Part shown: positions 8,634-15,445 of the stretch, one piece after another
Position numbering within the stretch: position 1 is the stretch's first letter
Layout: every line of letters starts with the position of its first letter
DNA from: an uncultured virus (IMG/VR IMGVR_UViG_3300032322_002078)
Lineage: Duplodnaviria; Heunggongvirae; Uroviricota; Caudoviricetes
DNA: 20,000 bases
IMG/VR virus record: IMGVR_UViG_3300032322_002078
Strand: one strand, 5' to 3'
The notes under the pieces: model-generated
What the model saw: only the letters and a program-made list of their open reading frames with translations
Databases searched by the model: none
Told to the model about the DNA's origin: nothing
Made by a program: the position numbers and the translations under genes

Positions 8634-10087
8634 ATCTGTCCTCTTAGTTTGGTTCTGACATCGGCTCTGATGTCATCGATGGGGCGGGGTTGGTTATTGT
8701 GGTCGACGATTTCTACGCCGTACTGCAGTTTGGGGTTGAGTTCGGGGTCGCCTTTGAAGTAGATCTGCAGGACGTAGTTCTCGGCGTCTTGTTTTGTGCG
8801 GAAGCCCTGTTTGGCAGTTGGTTTGGGTTGGTCGGGTTTTTTGTAGATGCCCTGGCGGTCGTTGCGAACGAATGTCCCGATGCGCTTGCCGACGTCGAAG
8901 GCTTCGGCTTTGGATATCCTCGGCTTTCCGCTTGGCAGTGGTTCCATCCAGTGCGCGACGAAGTCCTCTACCAGGGTGTCGGTGTAGCGGTCCCGGAATC
9001 TGTTGAGCTCGGTACGGAGGTCGAGCTCGTTCCAATCCCGAAACGATTTTTTGCGCGGTTTGGGGTCGGCGCCGCCCTCTGGGTGTGTGTTGATTTCTTC
9101 CTGGCTTTTTGTTGGGTTTTGGGTTTTTGCAGAAAATGCGGTTTTCGCAGGTTCTCCTTTCTTTTCCCCTCTGCACTCCCCTTTGTTTACCTCTCCTAGA
9201 TATATATAAAATTTTTTTTTGAATGTAATATTGTTTTTTTTAATATTATTTTCTGAATTGTTTACTTTACTAAATTCTTTTAATAAATAATCTTTATATA
9301 TTAATCCTAAATAATTAATACTAATAACGCGCACACGTGCGAGAGCACCATTTTTTTTGAGTCTGCCGGCCGTCGTGTATTGCAGAATTCCGTTTTTTGC
9401 CGGTGTTACAATGCTGATTATGTGGCTTTTATGTTTTTCTACTTTTTCGACAAAAACTGATTCGGTTAGGTTGTTAGGTTTTTGAGTTTGTAGTGTTTCC
9501 GGGCTTTCTTGAATTTTGCTTACTGGCCGAGTTAGGTTATTAGGTTTTTTTTCACTGTTGTCGTTGCTTCTTTCTGCATCGGAAACCAAATAACCTAACT
9601 CGGCGACTTTTGGTACTGTTTGGCCATGGCCGTTTTCGACAAAAACTGATTCGGTTAGGTTGTTAGGTTTTTGAGTTTGTAGTGTTTCCGGGCTTTCTTG
9701 AATTTTGCTTACTGGCCGAGTTAGGTTATTAGGTTTTTGTTGATCGGAAGTCAGATTGAATTCAGAAGTATTGAAATATTCCTGCTCGGCTGATTTTCGC
9801 TCGGTTAGGTTGTTAGGTTTTTCTTGGCTTGACTGCGTAAGATTTTTGACGACGGGTCTGCCCCCTTTTCTGCCATTAAGTTTTGATGTCAGAATGCGTC
9901 TGTCGGATTTCTGTATTGCGGATTTCATTACCTCGACAATATCTTTTAAGTGCGAGGGGATCTCGATGTGGTTCTGCCGGAATGCGTATTCACACAGAGC
10001 ATCATAGAACACCAGTCTGTCGGCGTCGTCGAAAGATCGAATGATTGTGTAGTCCTGGCTTGATATCGCCGGAGTCTGTTTTGCCAT
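8630..10087 (-). CDS. Phage replication initiator-like protein (~485 aa; DUF6291-like N-terminus) with internal origin repeats
   Basis: ATG 10087 (MAKQTP) is preferred over 10198. YDALCEYAF...NGRKGGRP N-terminus, five KPNNLT repeats, an N/K/I-rich segment followed by KGECRGE, and ATGA coupling to the primase-helicase, like the lambda O-P arrangement. Confidence 0.75.
   Translation of the reverse strand: MAKQTPAISSQDYTIIRSFDDADRLVFYDALCEYAFRQNHIEIPSHLKDIVEVMKSAIQKSDRRILTSKLNGRKGGRPVVKNLTQSSQEKPNNLTERKSAEQEYFNTSEFNLTSDQQKPNNLTRPVSKIQESPETLQTQKPNNLTESVFVENGHGQTVPKVAELGYLVSDAERSNDNSEKKPNNLTRPVSKIQESPETLQTQKPNNLTESVFVEKVEKHKSHIISIVTPAKNGILQYTTAGRLKKNGALARVRVISINYLGLIYKDYLLKEFSKVNNSENNIKKNNITFKKKFYIYLGEVNKGECRGEKKGEPAKTAFSAKTQNPTKSQEEINTHPEGGADPKPRKKSFRDWNELDLRTELNRFRDRYTDTLVEDFVAHWMEPLPSGKPRISKAEAFDVGKRIGTFVRNDRQGIYKKPDQPKPTAKQGFRTKQDAENYVLQIYFKGDPELNPKLQYGVEIVDHNNQPRPIDDIRADVRTKLRGQI
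9197..9326. other. AT-rich tract; putative DNA-unwinding element of the replication origin
   Basis: ~130 bp of almost pure A/T inside a moderately GC-rich gene, next to the iteron array. Confidence 0.65.
9444..9738. repeat. 106-bp perfect direct repeat (9444-9549 and 9633-9738)
   Basis: Base-by-base identity. The offset of 189 nt keeps the reading frame. Confidence 0.95.
9465..9822. repeat. Iteron array GTTAGGTTRTTAGGTTTTT: five direct copies and one inverted copy
   Basis: Direct copies at 9465, 9531, 9654, 9720 and 9804 (19 bp each). Inverted 15/16 match at 9584-9599. Confidence 0.85.
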
Positions 10088-10212
10088 CCCGAGATTATTA
10101 AGCCCCAGACCCCTGTGTTTGGAATGAGCACAGCCGAGCTCGGTACACAGGAGAATGGGGCAGTTTTTATGTCTTTCTATGGGGCCCTGCAATTCCACCT
10201 ACAGGGTTGATG

Positions 10213-10220
10213 CAAAGCTA
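10213..10220 (-). promoter_or_regulatory. Leftward Bacteroidota-type promoter (-7 TAGCTTTG) for the replication operon
   Basis: Matches TAnnTTTG. A CTTG -33-like box lies 21 nt upstream (10242-10245). Confidence 0.65.
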
Positions 10221-10223
10221 TGG

Positions 10224-10250
10224 AAAGACTTTATATTTGTGCAAGTCTTT
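10224..10250. promoter_or_regulatory. Inverted repeat AAAGACTT-N11-AAGTCTTT; putative operator
   Basis: Perfect 8-bp arms overlapping the leftward promoter. The spacer contains a plus-strand TATATTTG (10232-10239). Confidence 0.45.
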
Positions 10251-10665
10251 TTTAATATTTTTATGATTATTATCGTCTCAGCCTACGTATTTCTGCTGTT
10301 TATGTTCATGTTTAAGCCGACATCCATGTACCATAAAGGTCGTTTTGACAGACCCCCCTGGGGGCCTTACTTTTTTTTCCATGTGGTATCGGTAGCCCTG
10401 GCATACCTGATTGATCGTATTTGCGGGAGCTAAGGGGTCTTATACCCATTCTGAGCGGGCTCGCGCGCGAGAAAAAAATACCCCCCTGCTAGGCCGTTTT
10501 CCTAGCAAATACAGGCAATACAGCCCTGATTTAATCGCAAGCCAACCCACTAAAATAAAAAAATAGAAACCTGCTAGTTATTCGACGCGAATCAATCCAA
10601 AACATCAATAAAATAAAGTTTTGCAGCCCGTAACGCGTCGAACAACGCGTTACCTGATAATTAAT

Positions 10666-10673
10666 TATATTTG
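10666..10673 (+). promoter_or_regulatory. Rightward -7 element (TATATTTG)
   Basis: TAnnTTTG 25 nt upstream of ATG 10699. Preceded by the inverted repeat TAACGCGT-N6-ACGCGTTA (10631-10652). Confidence 0.55.
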
Positions 10674-10698
10674 CAATAAACCTTTGAAAGCCCTGATT

Positions 10699-11295
10699 AT
10701 GCTAGGAAAGCAAGAAGCTATGGAATTATGGAAAAAATATTACTTGCACACTGCAAACTCACTAAAGTGCCTGGGAAACAACGACCGTAACTACTTGGCA
10801 TTCAGGCGTTTGAAGCTGAATAATCACGTAAAATACTCACCCTCAAGAACTTACCTAAAACCTAGCTCTCACTTACGAGTCCGAGCCGCTGTTAAGTACA
10901 AATATATCGACTCAATGCCCTTAGTATCAGAGGTTTACAGTAACGCAAATCATTACGCGGTCAAGCTAGTAAATAACTTTGAATATCTATGTGCGTGGCA
11001 CGGCATAGCCGTCGACGCCGCATGTAAAAATATGCGCAAACAAGGCATAAACATAAGCGCTAGGGCGCTAAGTGACTACAAGCGAATCAGCACGATTTTC
11101 AACCCCGTTTATCAATTTGCCTTGGCAATTTATTTTGGTGAACCTTATGCAAGAATGGTGTCTCAGGACTACAGTTCACAAAAACTAAAACCTTACAGGT
11201 CCATACCACCCCAAACCCTATATAAAGACCTGATTAACAGTCCTTACCACGTCCGTGAGCGTTACCGACTCAAGGAATTCCTACCCAAAGCCTAA
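10699..11295 (+). CDS. Basic protein (~198 aa), possible Xre/HTH-like regulator
   Basis: ATG 10699 lies downstream of the promoter element. The segment GINISARALSDYKR...ALAIYFG resembles an HTH fold. Very K/R/Y-rich. Confidence 0.6.
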   Translation: MLGKQEAMELWKKYYLHTANSLKCLGNNDRNYLAFRRLKLNNHVKYSPSRTYLKPSSHLRVRAAVKYKYIDSMPLVSEVYSNANHYAVKLVNNFEYLCAWHGIAVDAACKNMRKQGINISARALSDYKRISTIFNPVYQFALAIYFGEPYARMVSQDYSSQKLKPYRSIPPQTLYKDLINSPYHVRERYRLKEFLPKA

Positions 11296-11462
11296 CCAAA
11301 AACATAACAAGCACATTATCAGCATCTTAAAGAATGCCTTTCATTTATACTTTTAAGACAATTTAGGTATAATTACAGGTACTTGTGCCCAAAACAGTGC
11401 ACCCCAAACAAAAAATAATCAGCCTGATAATCAGCACGTTAACACCCAAACTAAAAAAATAA

Positions 11463-11493
11463 TTTGGAGGTTTCAACATTCTAACTACCTTTG
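11463..11493 (+). promoter_or_regulatory. Consensus Bacteroidota primary-sigma promoter, likely the main early promoter
   Basis: TTTG (11463-66), 19-nt spacer, TACCTTTG (11486-93), with an A-tract upstream. Confidence 0.85.
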
Positions 11494-11504
11494 TTGCCGT
11501 TAAC

Positions 11505-11512
11505 GTTCTTTA
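11505..11512 (+). promoter_or_regulatory. boxA-like antitermination element (GTTCTTTA)
   Basis: One mismatch to the boxA core GCTCTTTA, immediately after the predicted transcription start. Confidence 0.5.
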
Positions 11513-12103
11513 TACCACGGGTTTTGAGTGCTTAATATATATACCATGCGTGACGCCTGCTATAGCACAACACAAACAGTCCCAAAATTAGTTTTCAAAC
11601 CAACGTCGTGAGACGTCGATAAACTAGGCAGGTCTAACTGAATTCGGAACCTGAATAAAATTAACTGAATTACTACGGGCGCACTTTAATAGCATGTTTT
11701 GCGCCGACTAAAAAAAATAAAACTGCACGTCGTTATTGCGTTTCCGCATCGACTGAATAAATAAGCGTTTATTCAGGTAAGCCGATAAAAATAACACAGG
11801 TTAGTCACCTAGGCTGCATGAATATCAACAAACCGAATCGACAAAATACATAAGGTTGTTGCAGGGCAGCGCTACACTACAGGCAAGGCAAGCCACACAT
11901 CGTAGTTAGTAAACTAGGCAACCGCGACGCAAAATCGTTAGGTTGAACGAAGGCACAAAACCACTAGCGAATTCATTTTCGCCGCGACGTGGGGACGGCA
12001 TAAGTGACCAAATGTAAAAGTGAGGGCAGTGCTCACAATAATAAACGTGGCGGTTATTTCAGGCGGGTGACACGCAACATGAACTAACCTTAAAAAAATA
12101 TAT

Positions 12104-12183
12104 AGGCAGCGCTTAGATAGTGCAGCCCCGTTTTACGGGGGACGTGGCTAGGCTAATAGAATCGAATTCAGCGCTGCCTACCA
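12104..12183 (+). ncRNA. tRNA-like element with 7-bp acceptor stem, discriminator A and CCA
   Basis: AGGCAGC/GCTGCCT-A-CCA, an ATCGAAT T-loop-like heptamer and a CCCC-GTTTTAC-GGGG hairpin. The D-arm is non-canonical. Confidence 0.4.
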
Positions 12184-12209
12184 AACAATTAATCAAATAA
12201 AATCAGCCT

Positions 12210-13415
12210 ATGAAAAAAACCAATATCTACGTAGTGAACGGCAAAACATTCACTAACGGACGCGAAGCCTGCCAATACGCCTGGGACGGCGGTTATTTAC
12301 CGAACCGAAGCCGTCCCGAATTGACAGATAAATTCAATCCTTTAATGATGCTGCAAACCGCGGCGCAAAACGGGTGCGAATTGTTTGTGAACGGCAAACC
12401 TTTTACCACGGGCGCCTCGGTGCCTAATCCTGAAAAACAGGAACCCGCGATTAAATCATCTAATAATAATAATAATAATCAGCCCATGAAGCCAAACCAA
12501 AACCTAGAGCAACCCGCGCAGCAATTAGCCGACGCCCTGCAAAACCTGCTAAGCAGTCAAACCCCTAAGCTAGACGAAAGTCGTGTAGTTGAATTAATCA
12601 AACAGCATAGCGTCGACGAAAGCCTGCTTATTGACCTCATTCAAGCCCATAGCGGTGTGAAGGTGGTCGAAATCAAAAAGCCCGACGTACCCAACATCAA
12701 AGTCGGTGTTCAGCACAAGAATTTCGAACGCCTAGTCCAATCAATTTCGGCGGGTGTTAATGTAATGCTAGTCGGCGAGGCGGGCAGCGGGAAATCGAGC
12801 GCCGCCGCGAATGTAGCCAAAGCGCTGAATTTAGATTTCGGCTTTATTAGTTGTGGACTCACAACAACTAAGTACGAATTCAGCGGGTTTATCGACGCTT
12901 CGGGCAGGTTCGCAAGCACTGAATTCTTTCGGGTGTTCACCAATGGCGGGGTGTTCCTCCTAGACGAATTCGACGCCGCTAGTCCCAACGTCGGCATAGC
13001 GCTTAACGAAGCCCTAGCCAATAAGCGAGCTAGTTTCGCCGACGGCTGCTATGATGCCCACCCCGATTTCATCTGTATCGCAGCCGCCAACACTTACGGC
13101 AACGGCGCCACGATGGATTTCGTCGGTAGGCAGAAATTAGACGCCACCACACTAGACAGGTTCGTGGTGTTGAATTGGGATATCGACGAGGATTTCGAGA
13201 ACGCCATCTCGCCCAATAAAGACTGGACTCGGAAAGTACAAAAGTATCGCGCAACCGTTAAGCGCCTAGCTATCCGACACAGCGTTACCACTAGGGCAAG
13301 TATCAACGGCGCCAAGTTAATCGCGGCGGGCATACCTGAGAATGAGGTCGTGGATATGGTTATCTTCAAAGGTCTGAGCACAGACGTCCGCAAACAAATA
13401 CAGGCAGCGCTTTAA
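12210..13415 (+). CDS. MoxR/CbbQ/CobS-like AAA+ ATPase
   Basis: Walker A GEAGSGKS, Walker B FLLDE, sensor 1 AAANTYGNGA, arginine finger LDATTLDRF, sensor 2 TTRA. Confidence 0.9.
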   Translation: MKKTNIYVVNGKTFTNGREACQYAWDGGYLPNRSRPELTDKFNPLMMLQTAAQNGCELFVNGKPFTTGASVPNPEKQEPAIKSSNNNNNNQPMKPNQNLEQPAQQLADALQNLLSSQTPKLDESRVVELIKQHSVDESLLIDLIQAHSGVKVVEIKKPDVPNIKVGVQHKNFERLVQSISAGVNVMLVGEAGSGKSSAAANVAKALNLDFGFISCGLTTTKYEFSGFIDASGRFASTEFFRVFTNGGVFLLDEFDAASPNVGIALNEALANKRASFADGCYDAHPDFICIAAANTYGNGATMDFVGRQKLDATTLDRFVVLNWDIDEDFENAISPNKDWTRKVQKYRATVKRLAIRHSVTTRASINGAKLIAAGIPENEVVDMVIFKGLSTDVRKQIQAAL

Positions 13416-13431
13416 TCAGCGCTGCTTTTTT
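13402..13431 (+). terminator. Intrinsic terminator-like hairpin at the end of the AAA+ gene
   Basis: GCAGCGCT-TTAATC-AGCGCTGC followed by T6. The stop codon lies in the loop. Confidence 0.7.
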
Positions 13432-13456
13432 ATTAATCCATAAAACATAAACAGCC

Positions 13457-14341
13457 ATGAGTTTATTCAATCAGCTAGTGCCGAAATACTATCCCGAGCA
13501 CAGCGTATTCGAATCGGTTTCCTCACCTAGTCTAAGTGACTACGTGAAATTCCTCACCACAACCAAGCCCGATAACGGCAGACCTGTCCTACCCGATAGT
13601 TACGAACTCTGCATGTCAGAAGCCGAAGAGCGCAGGCAGTGGGCGGGTGGTAGTATGGCAGACGCCATGCGAATAATAACTCAGGGTTACGAGCCCGAGG
13701 CGCTTAAGGAAATCGAATTCCAAACACTAGAGCAGCAGGGCGCACTAGAGATACATCGCGATATGATGGGATGTGTTCCCGACGTCGGTGCCTATCTAGC
13801 GGGTGCACCCGATTGCATGGTTGACTTCAGTCTTACAGCGCCGAAGAAATTCGCTTCGCTTTACATTTCGTATTCCTATAGCTGGCAAATAGATGCCGAT
13901 GTGGTTGAATACTACAGCGCCAAGATTTACAACCTCTACAACACCTTACTAGCGCAGAACTACGAGGTCGAAATCATTGCGTATTCAGTAATCACACTAG
14001 GCAGCGCGAAAAACGACAGAATGATTGTGCACAGCTTTCCGCTTGCGCAATTCGGATACAAGATATCGCCTCAATTACTAGCGGCGGTGTTTCACCCCAC
14101 GTTCTTACGCAGAATCAGGGTGCCGTATATGTTTATGAACCACAGCAGCGATTCCGCTGGAGTCACTAGAAGCATACCTGCTGGACTCCAGCTAGAGCTT
14201 AATCAGAACGGCGCCGTCGTGTTGAAATCCCTGAGTGAAATCTCTGGACTTATCGACCAAAAGTTATCGAAGGAATCCAAAAAGAAAGCCATCGACGACA
14301 CCATCAGCGCAGCGCTGAAACAACTAGCTGATAATAATTAA
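13457..14341 (+). CDS. Probable VWA-like partner of the AAA+ ATPase (294 aa)
   Basis: Adjacent to a MoxR-type ATPase. Contains a DVGAYLAGAPDCM motif, a degenerate MIDAS-like ISYSYS after a beta strand, and HPTFLRR. Confidence 0.65.
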   Translation: MSLFNQLVPKYYPEHSVFESVSSPSLSDYVKFLTTTKPDNGRPVLPDSYELCMSEAEERRQWAGGSMADAMRIITQGYEPEALKEIEFQTLEQQGALEIHRDMMGCVPDVGAYLAGAPDCMVDFSLTAPKKFASLYISYSYSWQIDADVVEYYSAKIYNLYNTLLAQNYEVEIIAYSVITLGSAKNDRMIVHSFPLAQFGYKISPQLLAAVFHPTFLRRIRVPYMFMNHSSDSAGVTRSIPAGLQLELNQNGAVVLKSLSEISGLIDQKLSKESKKKAIDDTISAALKQLADNN

Positions 14342-14372
14342 CTAAGACCGAGGGGTGCGACTCCATACGCAC
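14342..14372 (+). repeat. Intergenic structured repeat B, copy 1
   Basis: CTAAGACCGAGGG-GTGCG-ACTCCATA-CGCAC, 28/31 identical to 16781-16811. Confidence 0.9.
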
Positions 14373-14379
14373 ATTCAAA

Positions 14380-14601
14380 ATGAAAAATGTAGTTAAACTA
14401 ACCCAATTCAGATGGGACGAACCGCATGCACCTGTTTTAATCGGGACAGAGAGCATCATCAGAGCCGAAGAGTTTGTGATGAAACACCACGACGGCAGGT
14501 GGATGGTGGTTACTAAAATCCAAAGCAGAGGCGCTATGGCTGTAACAACCTACGTCACGGAGTCAGTTGAAGAAATACACAACGAAATAACGAAACCATA
14601 A
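14380..14601 (+). CDS. Hypothetical protein (73 aa)
   Basis: Co-oriented ORF in the early cluster. Confidence 0.75.
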   Translation: MKNVVKLTQFRWDEPHAPVLIGTESIIRAEEFVMKHHDGRWMVVTKIQSRGAMAVTTYVTESVEEIHNEITKP

Positions 14602-14613
14602 AAACACACAGCC

Positions 14614-15246
14614 ATGAACGACGCATATATTTACAGCGAAAAAATAACCGTGACCATCGCAGGGAAAGCAGAGCTAGTCCGCTACGAGCACATCGGAACC
14701 ACGGAGAATGAAGGACACGACACCCATGCCGTTATCCACAGAGACCTAGCGCATGTTTTCAGAACCGCTAGCGAAGCCTGGGCTAGAGCCAACCGCCTAC
14801 CTGCGGCTCCCAATATGCTCAACGCCACCATCCCGCTAGACATATACGAAGAATGGGCTAGGAACCCCGAGGGTAAGAATATCTACGCGGAGCCCGATGG
14901 CATCGACACCTTGGGTTATGATGCCCTATGCCTGTATGCATGCCTTCGCACTCAGATTCGCGTAGCCGATAGCAGTGTTCACCCCAATCCAGCCGAGGCG
15001 CTACTAGGCTTCCTAGAGCTGTCAGGCATGGAGAGCTCCGACATCATAGATGCAGAGCTTCGTGAAATCCTATCCGACCGCAGTCATCCCGAGCACGCCG
15101 AGGTATGGGAGAACTGTCTCGCGGTGATGATAGTGAAAGACAGAGAGCAAAACGCTTACAAACTAGCGTTCAATGAGCATCTTTATCTTATCCCCGTAGG
15201 CATTCCCATACCTAAACAATACTATACTGAATTGAATCATGGCTGA
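14614..15246 (+). CDS. Hypothetical protein (210 aa)
   Basis: ORF with the recurring ACAGCC-ATG leader. Confidence 0.8.
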   Translation: MNDAYIYSEKITVTIAGKAELVRYEHIGTTENEGHDTHAVIHRDLAHVFRTASEAWARANRLPAAPNMLNATIPLDIYEEWARNPEGKNIYAEPDGIDTLGYDALCLYACLRTQIRVADSSVHPNPAEALLGFLELSGMESSDIIDAELREILSDRSHPEHAEVWENCLAVMIVKDREQNAYKLAFNEHLYLIPVGIPIPKQYYTELNHG

Positions 15247-15445
15247 TTTAAGACTCGAAACAGGGATGGACGTCTTCAAGGCGTCCGCCCTGCTAGAGGG
15301 TTTTTATTATGAAAACCCTACAGCCCAGCAAATCCAAGAAGCTAAAGAATTCCTAAACCGACAGACATGGAGACATTATATATCGTCAAAGACAAATCAG
15401 GAAGAGGTTTCCGACCTCAGCAGCACGACCGCAGCTCTGTTTTAG
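15239..15445 (+). CDS. Hypothetical protein (68 aa)
   Basis: 8-nt overlap with the upstream gene and 79-nt overlap with the next ORF. Confidence 0.5.
   Translation: MADLRLETGMDVFKASALLEGFYYENPTAQQIQEAKEFLNRQTWRHYISSKTNQEEVSDLSSTTAALF

Larger units (their letters stand above)
11500..12183 (+). ncRNA. Candidate large structured non-coding RNA or leader (~680 nt)
   Basis: No ORF of 60 aa or more in an otherwise gene-dense genome. It follows a consensus promoter and has many helices, including a GTGA (GNRA) hairpin at 11603-11616 and long-range pairs 11649-59/11768-78, 11798-805/12083-90 and 12103-13/12170-80. Confidence 0.65.

Noticed and set aside
6350..9209. Long antisense and alternate-frame ORFs over the primase-helicase and initiator
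   Set aside because: These are shadow ORFs expected from GC-rich third positions. They show no motifs or start context.
9465..9822. TTAGG repeats as telomere-like sequence or a CRISPR array
   Set aside because: Spacing is irregular, spacers are duplicated, there are no cas genes, and the repeats lie in frame within a gene. Iterons fit better.
10155..10433. 92-aa hydrophobic ORF on the plus strand
   Set aside because: It arises from T-rich DNA overlapping promoters and the structured leader, with no good start context. A tiny membrane peptide is not strictly excluded.
11602..11614. AACGTCGTGAGAC resembles a conserved 23S rRNA segment
   Set aside because: The match is only ~13 nt and the flanks are not rRNA-like. 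It is explained as a GNRA hairpin.
11500..12183. Group I/II intron, RNase P RNA or tmRNA
   Set aside because: No interrupted gene, no domain V or P7 consensus, no GAGGAAAGTCC, and no tmRNA-type alanine acceptor ends were seen.
12104..12183. Canonical tRNA-Lys gene
   Set aside because: It lacks U8, the D-loop GG and GTTC, and the T-stem is bulged. Kept only as tRNA-like.
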